Positions 24,720 through 36,560 of a stretch of DNA of 64,000 nt are shown here, in pieces (the first letter of the stretch is position 1; every line of letters begins with the position of its first letter). The notes beneath the pieces are model-generated. The model made no database searches, had not been told where the DNA came from, and saw nothing but the letters and a program-made list of their open reading frames with translations. Both the position numbers and the translations under genes were made by a program. This DNA is from Stegostoma tigrinum (Eukaryota), in assembly GCF_030684315.1 (NCBI RefSeq), contig NC_081366.1, forward strand, positions 23,255,410 to 23,319,409. The letters run 5' to 3'.

Positions 24720-25900
24720 TGAATAAATGTGGCATTCTTGCGTTGTCAGTCTGTGATTAGTAGGGTATATTAGGATCGGTCCTCAGGCCTAGCCCCTTGA
24801 GGTGCAGTCCAAATGTAATATTTCCAAATTTGCAGATGATACAAAGCTAAATTGAAATGTATATTTTGAAGTGTATAGCAGCTTCAGAAGCATTTCACAC
24901 TTACTGAATGGGTAAGAACAGGCAAAGCAATATGGAAAAACATTAGAGATAATGGGAACTGCAGATGCTGGGGATTCCAAGATAATAAAATGTGAGGCTG
25001 GATGAACACAGCAGGCCAAGCAGCATCTCAGGAGCACAAAAGCTGACGTTTCGGGCCTAGATGAAGGGTCTAGGCCCGAAACGTCAGCTTTTGTGCTCCT
25101 GAGATGCTGCTTGGCCTGCTGTGTTCATCCAGCCTCACATTTTATTATCTTGGAAAAACATTAGGTTCTCCATTTCTCGTGAGAAAAACTAATGCACAAA
25201 GAATTTGTTAAATGCTGAGATTGGAAACTGAACATACAAACAGTCCTGGTAAAGTCACTGAGGGCTAATTTGCAGATCCAGTAAGTTGTTAGGAATACGA
25301 GTGGAATGTTAGCCTTAAGTGCACAACGATTTGAGCACAAAAGGATTGGAATCTTACTGCAATTGTACGGGAGCTCGGTTAGTCCACACTGAATTCAGTA
25401 GGCAATTTTGGCCTCCTCATCACAGGAAAGGTATCATTGCAAATAGTGCGAGCGCAGTAAAGGTTCACCCGTCCTGATCTTGTTACAGCAGGACCATCCT
25501 ATGAAGACACATTGGGCAAACTGCCCTGTATTCTCTAGAGTTTTGAAGAATAAGGGCTGATCTCATTTAAAATTACATAGCACTTAAAACAGATAGATGG
25601 AGTGGATGTAGGTAATATGATGGGGAACCTAGGAGCAGGGGACATAATGCAAGCATGATGCCACTTATGTCTGAGATGAGGAGGAATCTTTTTTAATCTA
25701 AATGGGTTGTGAACCTTTGACATTTTCTGCCACAGGAGTGTGGAAGTCCAATCTTTGAGTATGTTTAACTTAGAGATACGTAGATTTCTGATTGCCAGAA
25801 TATACAGGGACAGCTGGGTAAAAGGCACCAAAGTGTTTGATCACTCAATCATAGCGAATGGTAGGCTACCTCTGACAGGCTAAATCACCCACTCTTGTTT
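24720..25900 (+). mobile_element. Old CR1-clade LINE 3' fragment, interrupted by the palindrome at 24947-25150
   Basis: tccaaatttgcagatgatacaaagcta (SKFADDTKL) and a CR1-type 3' region. Confidence 0.75.
24947..25150. mobile_element. Fold-back Penelope-terminus element: 86-bp inverted repeat, 7-nt loop, 14-bp TSD
   Basis: Arms 24976-25061 and 25069-25154 are exact reverse complements by eye; loop tgaaggg; TSD tggaaaaacattag at 24933-24946 and 25151-25164. Confidence 0.92.
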
Positions 25901-26005
25901 CTATATATGGTTCAATATCTTGTCTCCAGATTGTGCCTGTTGGTGAAGAACTTTATAACAATGTTTAGCAAAGAAAATGCGTAACAGGCTGTATACTATA
26001 AATAT

Positions 26006-26011
26006 TTTATT
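26006..26011 (-). terminator. UQCRQ: Candidate polyadenylation signal of UQCRQ
   Basis: AATAAA on the minus strand ~95 nt after the stop codon. Confidence 0.6.
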
Positions 26012-26104
26012 TCTGCACATAGAGATGATTATTTCAGTGAAAGTTAGCAGTTAGTTAAGAATACACATGGTACATCAGTAGAAATTCTCTCTTCCAAATT
26101 CCAT

Positions 26105-26199
26105 TTATTTATCATTCACATAGTCAGCCGGATTCTTCCTCATTGACATTTCATGTTCGTTCGTGGCCCAGGTATAAATGAGATATGACCCCACAAATG
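26105..26199 (-). CDS. UQCRQ: Cytochrome b-c1 complex subunit 8 (UQCRQ/QCR8), last coding exon ((P)[30 protein letters not shown])
   Basis: Acceptor tttctttctAG at 26200-26201; 95 nt, phase fits the upstream exon; matches human [30 protein letters not shown]; TAA at 26105-26107. Confidence 0.96.
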
Positions 26200-26295
26200 C
26201 TAGAAAGAAAATGTGCATCAGTTTAACTTCTAAAATAAACCAACAGACAAAGAATATACCACATTCATTCTTACAAAAGGGAACAGTTCTTATTC

Positions 26296-27226
26296 AGATA
26301 AAAGCAAAGTACTGTGGATGCCGGAGACCTGAATTAAAAACAAAGTGCTAATAAAACCAAGCAGGTCTGATAGTATCTGTGGAGAGTCAAACAGGGTGAA
26401 TGTTTTGAGTTCAAAATGGAACTGAAGGGGGCTGAAAAACTGATAGGTTTTATGCTGTAAAAATTCAGGAGCAGGAGCAAGTGGAACAGAAGGTAAGGGT
26501 GTACTAATGAGAGAAGAGAAGACATGTAGATAAACACTAGGTAGGTCTTAATTGTAGAAAAGTGGGTTAGTTCTCCTGAGATCGGATCTATACAAACAGC
26601 ACCTCCTTTCTGCTTCAGCAGCTTACAGCCTTCAGGACTCTGACGCAAAAAACCAAAATTGTTGGGAAAACTCACCAGGTCTGGCAGCATCCATGAGGGA
26701 AAAAGGGAAAATCAGACTTAACATTTCAGGTCCAGTGACCTTTTCTCAGAGCCAGACCTGAAGTGTTAATTCTGATTTTTTCTTCACAAATGCTGCCAGA
26801 CTTACTGAGCTTTTCCAACAACTTTGGTTTTGTTCCTGATTTACAGCATCCACAGTTCTTTCAGTTTTCTTCAGGGCTCAGTTTGTCAACTTCACACTAT
26901 GAACCTTGTTCTTCATTTTGATTATCTACAACTCAATATATCATGTTTAAGGGTCTGCTCTCAACAGACCTGACACTTTCTCCTATCAATACCTATTATT
27001 CACCTAAACATATTTTCTATACTACTATAACCACTCTCTTTACCTTTTGCTCTGGTGCAGCAATATCATCTACACCACCTCCCCTCCCTTTTTGCAGCAT
27101 AAAACTCATTCTTTTTCTGCCTCCTTCAGTTTAGAAGGGTCACACTGGAATCAAGACACTAACTTTGTTTCTTTCCACAGATGTTATCTGACCTGATGAG
27201 TTTCTCCACCACTGTTTTTATTACAA
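26296..27226. mobile_element. Nested fold-back Penelope-type elements inside the UQCRQ coding intron
   Basis: Outer element has inverted termini and TSD ttcttattc (26287-26295, 27227-27235). An inner palindrome at ~26645-26870 is flanked by cttcaggactc / cttcagggctc. Confidence 0.7.
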
Positions 27227-27767
27227 TTCTTATTCGAGCCAACATACAAAATTAAAGTCTGCTCTACTTGTGATGGTGCTGAAGACAAAATACCCACTTC
27301 ATCTTAATTTACTGCATCACTGTTTCTTAACTGACCATTATTGATGCCTGTGCTCTATCCTTGCTAAAAGAAGTTATTAACTATATATATGGAGTTTGTG
27401 ACCTCAATAGCCATATTCACATGGCATGTGTATTGGCATATTAAGCTTTATTGTGTGTCTGTTAATAAAGTGGGCAAGGTGAATAGTAAAATCACGATTG
27501 TTTTTAGAATAGGGTAAATGCTTAACTTCTTTAGTTATTAAATTGTAGATGTTAATTAAACACAAGAAATATTTTTACACGGACAATGACAGCTGTCTAA
27601 TTATTCAATGCATGTTTAAAAATTAACACAGGATCCAGCTGGACCCATACAAATAAAAATTTTATCTGTGATTAGCAGAACACAACCTAGACCTCACTTG
27701 TAAAGCAAAACCTCAAACTTTACATCTCATTTCGCTATAGTAAATGACTGAAAACACTGATACATAC

Positions 27768-27921
27768 GAGGAACAATCCTCAACACTTGACCCTTGAATC
27801 GCCTCCACGTATTAGGAATGCCTTTGGAGAAATAATTTGGAAATGCCTTCTGTTCAAAGGGAGAGATGGTATAGGTGATAATATGCCGCAATTTGATTAA
27901 GTTTCCAAAGTGGCGACCCAT
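27768..27921 (-). CDS. UQCRQ: Cytochrome b-c1 complex subunit 8 (UQCRQ/QCR8), first coding exon (MGRHFGNLIKLRHIITYTISPFEQKAFPNYFSKGIPNTWRRFKGQVLRIVP)
   Basis: Matches human [28 protein letters not shown]...KGIPN. Donor C|GTATGT at 27767; 154+95 nt gives 82 aa plus stop. Acceptor AG at 27930-27931 lies just upstream of the ATG. Confidence 0.97.
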
Positions 27922-28354
27922 TTTTGTGGCTACTTATTCAAAAGTTCTATAGAAAACAGAAATGCAAAAAACGTCATGGATCATTCAGGCACATAAACAA
28001 CAGTAGCAAAATGAACAACAATCATTATTGAATTCAACAAATACTGAGTTATCTTCACAAGTCACAGCACATCTTAAAATCTCTGGATTAAATCAGAGTT
28101 CCATTGACAGAAAATTAGTAAACCGATTCCTTCAAAATACAGGTAATTTAAGTAAATTTCAAGTGAGCTTTTCATGGGAATCTGAAAATATGGAGGAAAT
28201 AAAATGCAACTTTTAAAAACAAAATTTTTCACATAGAGGTTGCAGTGACAAGTTTCCTTTGTGCACTGCTGCAGTCCTTGGAGCACAGATGATATCAGGA
28301 GGAGAGTTCCAGCATTTTCACCTAGTAACAATGAACCAACAGTGATACAAGTCA

Positions 28355-28447
28355 CTGAAGAAGGGTCTAGGCCCGTAATGTCAGCCTTCCTGCTCCTATG
28401 ATGCTGCTTGTCCTACTGTGTTCATCCAGCTCTACACCTTGTTATCA
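28355..28447 (+). mobile_element. Short Penelope-terminus copy with a mutated hammerhead core
   Basis: ctgaagaagggtctaggcccgtaatgtcag (GAAA changed to GTAA) followed by the family tail. Confidence 0.75.
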
Positions 28448-29809
28448 TAATGGCATGTGACTTGTATGGAACTTGCAAGCAATGGCCCCTGCAAGCCATG
28501 CATGTACAACTGCACTCCAATGTTAAGCACATGAACTGCTGACTTCTACTTTCAGAAGTTGCTGCCACACATAGCCGATAAGAAAGTTAGAGGGAACTTG
28601 CAGGTAGTGGTGCCCCCATGAATCTCCTTGTCTTCATCTGAATTGATAAGCTTTTAAAAGATCCTTTTGAAAATGAAGGCAGGATGAAATAAATGGCATA
28701 ATAATTGAAGAATCACCGTCTACAATGAGCACAGTGAGAATAAGATGTAGCCGGCCAGTCAGAAATTCTGGACTGCTACATAAAACAGAATTAGATCATT
28801 TGGATGAAAGTCAGGCAAGACCAAATTCAATGCTTGGGCCACTGTAGCTTTCGCACTGAAAGAGAGAGTCAGAACTATGGACAATTTAGCCAGAGTTCAT
28901 TCAATTAAACTTCTCAGTCACAACATGCAGCCACCACTTGCAAGGCAAGAAGTTATTGCCCATTGCTATGTTCCCATTTCAAAGTGATACATGCCACCTT
29001 CTTGGTCAAAATACTTTCAAAGCACAATACAGGATTCCAGATATTGATGCTATAATGAAAAAGGAATGCGAATGCCTTTCAAACTGACTTGGGAATGCAA
29101 CTTGAAAGGTAACTTACAGGTAGTGCCTCTTGCCCTTGTCTTCATGGGCAGTAAAGGTTGTGGATTTGGGAAGCTTTGGCAAGTTGCTCCAATAGTATGT
29201 GTTTAACTGGGGCATTTGCTGCCAATCTACACGGTTGCTTCATCCTACAGGGTGGTAGTGTCCACTAACGAGAAGAATGGTCACTAAACATTTTCTTCTG
29301 GATATCTGTTTAATTGTCCACCAGCATTCACAACTGAAGGTGGCATGATTACAAAATTCTAAACTGATCTGTTGGTTGTGGGACTGCAGAGCATGTTTTT
29401 TTCAGTTTCACAGCTTATCACAATGGCTTCACAAGTCTGGGACTATACTTCTATAGGTGCATAATTCTGCACCTATCATAATCTTCTACACTCTTTAATG
29501 AACTAGAGTTTGCACCTGGCTTGATTATAATTGTTAATCTGAGAAATATGAAGGATATGAGATTTAAGTTGTGATGAAATATAATTCTACACAGGTCCAT
29601 TGCACCTCACAGATGCACTGTTTTGAGCTGATCAATTCAGTGTGAATCTATATAACACTAGGGTAGTTTCAGACAGCATGATGTTAATGTATCCCTGCCT
29701 TAAATTCATAAACATTACTACCCAGGCCCAACAAAAATGATCAATCTCAGTTGTTAAAGTTTCATTGGATCCAGACTCAACAACTTCCCACAAGAAGGTA
29801 ACTGCAGTT

Positions 29810-30670
29810 TCTGCTCCCCGAGTTGTCACGTTCCTTCTGACATCGTCTCTAAACTGCTGCCTCGTCCTCGACGCCTTCAGGGTTAGTAATTCAAAATCAC
29901 CCTCCAAGGTAAAGCTGAAATCAAACGAGCATAATTGAAGGCATGAAACAAAACTCAGGATCACAAACTGCAACCTTGAACCATTTGGAATCACATTGTA
30001 AGTAGCACCTTGAAGCCCAGCGGCCCACTGGGCTACAACACGAGACTGCTGATGAACAATTCACTTGCTGTTGGATTGCAATCTCGGCGGCGTCCAGCAC
30101 TGAGATCTACCACAAGAAAGTGAAGCCTGGATACAGGCCTCCTCCGGAGAGAGTGAGGCCCTTCACCTGGGAACCCTCTGGTCACCCCATACCGCATTGA
30201 ACTCTCACTCCTAACATTCACTAGCTCTGCGGTTACTCACTGCTACATTCCACACTCCTCCCCCGTGCTCTGCTCCGCTTCACCTTACCCTGCTTGCTCT
30301 AACTCCACACCTTATCCTTACCGACCTTGGCTCCGTCAGCAATGGCGCTCTTCCCCGAAAGCCCCACCTCTTTACGTCCCCACGTCAAACGTACACCTTT
30401 GCGCCCATATCACGTGTCACACCACCCACGTGACGCTGAAATGTTGCAAATATCGTTGCAGTTGTGGATAGTGTTGGAATGGTACATACTGCATAGTCTC
30501 TTGTAATGTGATTAAATGCCCACATCCAACACCGCAAGGAATTATGCGCTTTCTCTCCTCTTCTCCCTCACTTTTGATGGCTTGCGTTGCCCTAACCGGC
30601 TTTGCTATTTTCCTAATCAAAAAGAGATGCGAAGTAGGTGGGATTTGAACTCCAGCCTCCTAGCTCGGAG
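29810..30670. promoter_or_regulatory. UQCRQ: CpG-island promoter of UQCRQ with two CACGTG E-boxes, a CRE half site and a YY1-like motif
   Basis: Visible CpG retention against a CpG-poor background; CACGTG at 30411-30416 and 30427-30432; cacgtca at 30381-30387; aatggcg at 30341-30347. Confidence 0.7.
30322..30360 (-). other. UQCRQ: Probable non-coding first exon of UQCRQ (5' end uncertain)
   Basis: Strong donor GGTCG|GTAAGG at 30320-30321 inside a CpG-rich island; the coding exon needs an upstream donor. Alternative donors exist near 30287 and 30240. Confidence 0.55.
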
Positions 30671-31269
30671 GCGCAAGAGCACTCTTGATAGGCTTTGCAC
30701 ATAAATGATTCAATTGAAAACACAGACGATTTACTGATGGTAGTTAATAAATGCAAAAATAACAAGGTGATTTGGTGATTGGGGCAAAATGTCCAGTTAT
30801 GTATAAGAACACTTCAGGATACAGAAGAAAAGATTAAAATGCATACACTCAAGGGTGAGTTCAAAACACACGGAAGACAAAACAAGATCAAGAACTGTCT
30901 TCAGGATTTGGCTTCTTCGTAAATACTCCGATGCAGGGTATTTGAAGATTACCAGGCTCTAATTAATCTGTTGCATTATTGAAAGACTGTTCACTGAGCT
31001 CCACCTACTATGCAAGTAGATCAACTCCATGTGCTTCTCTATGTGTTTCTGACACACACATGACTAAACTTCAGGCTCTACCTAACTGTCTCTCTGTTCC
31101 TCCATTTTTCTTGACTCCATCTCCACGTTGCTATTTATTCCACTATAAGGAGCAGCTCCCTGCTATAATTGAAAGGTTGCCTCAGGGTCTTAAATTCTTT
31201 ACACACAGTTAGAGCAGTTTTATTTTATGTGTATGTACTGCATGAGAAGCGCAGCCCAGTTTTAATTGA

Positions 31270-31357
31270 GAAAACAAGGTGCAGAGTTGGATGAACACAG
31301 CAGGCCAAGCAGCATGATAGGAGCACAAAAGCTGATGTTTCGGGCCTAGACCCTTCT
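31270..31357 (-). mobile_element. Short Penelope-terminus copy
   Basis: ggatgaacacagcaggccaagcagc...tttcgggcctagacccttc; same family as 24947. Confidence 0.8.
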
Positions 31358-32654
31358 TGCTCTATAATTTTGGTGGCTTTCTAGCATAGAGTTTTTACTC
31401 TCCAGCTACATAATTAAGTGGTTCTAGTAACTGGAATTAAAACTCTTCCAGGACCGTGAAAAAGGAAAGCTGGTATTCAGTGTTCTTCCATGAATATGCC
31501 ACAGACTCCTTGTTACTTTCTGAAATGCCAAACAGTGCTGCATTTAAATTGTCATTTTCACTACTTCAACACATGGTTGAGACAAGTCAAAAATTTAGAG
31601 TGATCATCCTGGTTTTATCATTTTTCAATGTGCTTCCTCCAACCTCCTCTGTTGTCTTCTGCAGATCTACTCCTCCCAATGCCACTTGTGCTAGTCGAGT
31701 TATAGCCTCTTGCTTGATTACTGTAGGTATGATATCCATTGGCTTCTGTGCTTTCAGTTGACCATGTACTAAGCTCTGGAATTCTTCCTCGCTTCTTCTA
31801 AGATGGTTCTCACAACCTACCTATTGTACCAAGTTTGAAGGCCTGTCCTAATAACGTCATGGTTAGAATGTGAAGTTTTGCACAACAATATTCTTTTGAA
31901 GAGGCTTGACATATTTTATGTGTATAAACTCAAGATAACATTGCACTGGACTGCTGCTATATCCTCAACTCCTTGATGCATGGTGGTAAGGCAGATTGAG
32001 CATGTGAGTAAACCTGTCTGAACTGATCCCCATTTGGACAGAATTTCACCTTGAACTTAATATCTTCCTTGAGTACCTGCACCCAGAAGTTGAACCATCT
32101 CAAGGAAGCTCCATCTATGTCCTTCCAGTCAGCATGAAGTGGTGGCCTGTATAAGCTGCTGCTGCACATCTTTCTCTTCATCACCTTTGTCCACTGGCCA
32201 CACACATCCTTGTTATTGGTAGCCCAGAGAACACCAGCTCCGGTTATTGGCTTATACAGAGAGGAGAAGAGTCAATTCTTGTAACCTTACTTTACTAGTC
32301 TATTAAGCAGGACTCATGTTGCTTAAATGTTCTCATCATAAAACTAGACCTTATATATTTTCTCACAAACTGAACTAGAAACTTTCACACCCACAAGAGT
32401 CTTACGATACTTGCCAAGTAGTCACTGGATATAAAAGCTAATACCCAATCAGGGATAGCTGTTTCTGCTGACGAGGGCTGATGCTGGCCAGGTGCTGCAT
32501 TTGATGTCGTCACCATGTCCTTGGCAAAAGGCCTGCTTCTGCAATTGTTGGTCTCCAGGGTATTCATTGACTGCACGCCCTGTGGTTCTTCTTTTTGTTC
32601 TTCCTCATACCTCTTTCAAGTCGTACTGCCTTCCTTCCCCCCCCCCCCCCCCTT

Positions 32655-32990
32655 TATTCATTAATTGGATGAGGACATCACTGGCTAAGCAGCATTCAAT
32701 GTCTGTCCCTAATTGTCCAGAGAGTAGCTCAGAGTCAGCCACATTGTTGTGGATCTGGAGTCACTTGTAGGCCAGACATTTCCTTCCCTAAAGGACATTA
32801 GTGAACCAGGTGGGTTTTTCCCCAACAATCAACAATGGATTCATGGTTATCATTAGATTCTTAATTCCAGATTTTTTAAAATTCAAATCCCACCATCTAC
32901 CATGGCAGGATTTGAACCCAGGTCCCCAGAATGTCACCAGAGTCCCTGGATTAACAGTCCAGCCATAATACTGCAAGGCCATTCCTTCCC
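32655..32990 (-). mobile_element. SINE (Deu-domain type), internally deleted
   Basis: B box (gggttcaaatcc on minus) near 32910-32920; shares its 3' part with 19365-19470 and 53300-53425. Confidence 0.6.
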
Positions 32991-33219
32991 CCATGCTTTC
33001 TGTCGACTGAGGTTAATTCACATTGCATCCCTTTACCTTATTGGCCCTGGCCCACAGATGTAGGTAGCATTATGTCATTATTTCTTGCGCAAATAAGGCT
33101 TTTGTATTACCTCATCTTCCTTACTTTTTTCAGAATTTAGTTAACTTGAACCAGTTTAAATCAGCTCAAAATAGCACCTGGGCGCAGATTGTTTTTAGTT
33201 CACAAGATGCTTCTTTCTT

Positions 33220-33373
33220 CGGTCAGTAGTAGACTCACCAACTTTAAGGGCATTTAAATGGTCATTGGATAAACATATGGATGACAATGGAATAGTGTAG
33301 GTTAGATGGGCTTCAGTTTGGTTTCACAGGTCGGTGCAACATCGAGGGCTGAAGGGCCTGCACTGTGCTGTAA
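33220..33373 (+). mobile_element. CR1 LINE 3' end, same subfamily as 11250-12322
   Basis: gtagtagactcaccaactttaagg...atcgagggctgaagggcctgcactgtgctgtaat is close to the reverse complement of 11276-11425. Confidence 0.85.
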
Positions 33374-33878
33374 TAAAAAGAAGCACCTTTGCATTCAGTA
33401 CCCCCTGTTAGTGATGATGGGGGCTGGTACCCTTTTGTCTCTCTTTATTTTTCTGCAGTCTCTAGCTAATGTCTCCCCAGGCAATGATGTTAGCAGCTTG
33501 TACCTTTTTATCTCTATCTCTCTCTCTGCAGCCTCTGGCTAATACCCCGATATACCATAAAATGCAGTCTGGCTGTGGGGTAGGTCCCTTGCGGAGAGCT
33601 ACCTATGATGGAGTCTTCTTGCTTTCCACTAGTGACCAGGGGTCGACGGTATATTGGCAGTCACATGTAGTGTAAGGTTCATGGAGCCTAGACTGCTTGA
33701 TTTTTAATTTATTTAAATCTTTATTTCTTTTAAATCTTTAAACAGCCATAACTTATATTTTTGTTCCTGTGCCTGGTTAGGGGCTGTTTACATTTTGTTT
33801 GGAATGATTATAAAGTAGTTAAAAGGATAAAGGGGTCTTGTGACTTAGTGGTAACATTTCTATCTCTTGGGTGGAAGG

Positions 33879-35580
33879 AGACAGTAAGGACTGCAGATGC
33901 TGGAAGCCAAGGTCAATAGATGTGAAGCTGGAAAAGCTCAGGTCAGACAGCAAACAAGTAGCAGGGAAGTTAACGTTCAAGGCTGAAACCCTTTGTCACG
34001 TCTGGGAATGGTTTGGGGAGCCCAGGTGTAAATAGCTGGAGGGGTTGGGCTGTGGGAAGGGTACGAGAGATAGTGATAGGTGGATGGGGTTATTGTAATT
34101 GGTCAGTGGGAAGGGTGGAGCAGATAGGTGAGTAGGAAGTTGGACGATTAGGTCAGGTCATGGATGTGAGGAGGACGGGACATGGGATAAGTCTGTGGGT
34201 AAAGGGTTTTGAAGCTGGTGAAGTCAATGTTGAGGCCATTGGGCTATAAGCTCCCAAGGTGAAATATCAGGTGTTGTTCCTCCAGTTTACTTTTGACCTC
34301 ACTCTGATAGTAGAGGAGGCCAAGGATGGACATGTCATCAGGGGAATGGGAGGGAGAATTAACACGGATGGCACCCGGAAGGTTGGGTTAGTTGGTGCAT
34401 GTGGAGCGTAGATATTCTGCGAACGGGTCCGAGTCTGCATTTGGTTTCCCCAGTGTAGTGGAGACCACATCGGGACCAACAGATGCAGTAGATCAGGTTG
34501 GATGAAGTGCAGATGAATTTCTGCCAGATCTGGAATGATTGTTTGGGGCCTTGGACAGAGGTGAGTGGGGAGGTGTAGGGGCAGGTGTTGTGTCTCTAGC
34601 GGTTGCAGGCTAAGGCACCGGGTGTGGTGAAGTTGGTGGGGAAGGTACAGCATCTCCTCCATTTCCTGCACTTCTGCCCTCAAACCCTCTCTCCCCAACA
34701 ACAATAAGTATACAATCCCTTAGTCCTCATGTACCACCCAACCTCTGAATCCAACACATCATCCTCCAACATTTCCATCACCTACAATCACCCCTCACCA
34801 TTAAAGAGATATTTCCCTCCCCACCCCCTCTGCTTTCCGCAGGAACCATTCATTCTGCGACTCCCTCATCAGATCTACAATCCCCACCAACTTCTCCACC
34901 ACACCCGATAGCTTTCTCTGCAGGTGCAAGACCTGCCCTCACCTCTGTCAAAGGCACCAAACAATCCCTTCAGATCTGGCAGAGTTTCACCTGCACCTCA
35001 TCCATTGTATCTGTTGCTCCCAATGTGGTCTCTGCCTCATCACGGAGGCCAAACACTGATTTAGGGACCGGTTTGCAGGGCATATAAGCTTTGTATGCAC
35101 CTACCAACCCAAACTTCCAGTTGCCCCTCCCACTCCCCTAACAACATGTCTATCCTTGGCTGCCTCCACTGTCAGTGATGCCAAATATAAACAGGAGGAA
35201 CAACACCTGCTATTTTGCCCTGGGAGCTTACAGCCCAGTTACCTCAATATTCACTTCACCAGCTTCAAAGTCCCTCCACCCTCAGCCTCATCCCATGTCT
35301 AGCCCTCCTCCTCCACCTTCATGACCTGACTTAAATCTGTCCATCTTCCTATTCACCTATCTGCTCCACCCTTCCCACAGACCAATTACAGTAACCCATA
35401 CCTGTATCCACCTATCAGCATCCCACCTACCCTTCCCCAAGCCTCCTATCCCTCCCTCTATTTACTTCTGGGCTCCCCTTCCCCGGTCCTGACAAAGGGT
35501 TTTAGCCCAAAACAATAACTTTTCTGCTCCTCAAATGCTGTCTGACCTGCTGTGCTTTTCCAACTTCGCATCTAGTTATT
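33879..35580. mobile_element. Penelope-like element inserted as a tail-outward inverted pair (minus ~33879-34650, plus ~34650-35580)
   Basis: Both halves carry the GIY-YIG region and the same terminal repeat in opposite orientations; decayed hammerhead cores near 33975-34000 and 35488-35515. Confidence 0.85.
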
Positions 35581-36554
35581 CTGGTGTGGCAGGTCTGATG
35601 TGACATCGCACCTGCTATAGAGGTGTGTCATAGCACATCTGAGCAGTTTGGTTTTTAAATAAGGAATTGCAACAAACTGTCCCAGTTGCAAACAACCACT
35701 GGTTTGTAACCAAAATATATGTTGCTACTTGAAAAAAATCTGGTGTGGTGCAGGCTTTGCCTGTCAGGTATGTATATCTGACTGTACTTTTCCCATGGTA
35801 GTAGTAAACAAAACTAAAGATAGGTAATGTGGTACTGGAAGATTTGAGACAACACCCATTTATATACACAAACTCTTTGTTCCCCTCCTGCTATCCTTGT
35901 TTCTCTCCCACTTCCCACAACAGGCTGAAATTTAATCCTGAAACTGTGAGGTGATATATTTTGGGAGGATGGCAAGGGAGTACATGTTGCACCTCCCTAG
36001 GGTGATATCATTTTGATGAACCTTAGAATGTATATTTATAGATCATCAAAAAAAAGGCAGCAAGACATCTAGTAGATAAGGTAATTAAGCATAAAAGATT
36101 CATGTCTTAAATATTCAAGGCACTCAATACAAGAGCAAGTAGGTTGCTGGTGACGTATGTGAGTTGGGTAGTATTGTACAGTTCTGCCTTTCAGTATAGG
36201 GATGGCAATTCCATTAGATGTGGTTAAACAGCTCTAACTCTACATTGGAGGCCCGATGTGATGAGTATATATAGTGAACACAAGTGCCAATTTGAACTCT
36301 GGCATTTTACACAGAGCACCAAAACCATTTCATAAGGGTTAAGGGGAAGTTAGAGAAAACATGACTGCTCACAAAGTGGGCAACAGACAAAGGACTATAT
36401 TGGCAGTGCTAGAAAATACAAGCAATGCAGCATTTGAAAATTACCACTGGTCTTTTAAAAAGCCATTTCTACTAAGTTAACTTTCCACAAACATTGTAAT
36501 TCCAGGAGAAAAACCAGACACTCAAATGCAATTCAAAGTTATTTGCAATAGTTA

Positions 36555-36560
36555 TTTATT
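36555..36560 (-). terminator. GDF9: Candidate polyadenylation signal of GDF9
   Basis: AATAAA on the minus strand ~815 nt after the stop codon, at the end of a repeat-free AU-rich tract. Confidence 0.55.

Noticed and set aside
22950-25164. CRISPR-like reading of the repeated palindromic units with a captured 31-nt spacer
   Set aside because: Eukaryotic context, dispersed rather than arrayed units, TSDs and no cas genes; explained as retroelement termini.
27727-27767. C-terminal tail of the 64-aa ORF (RMYQCFQSFTIAK)
   Set aside because: Intron read-through past the GTATGT donor; the true C-terminus is in exon 26105-26199.
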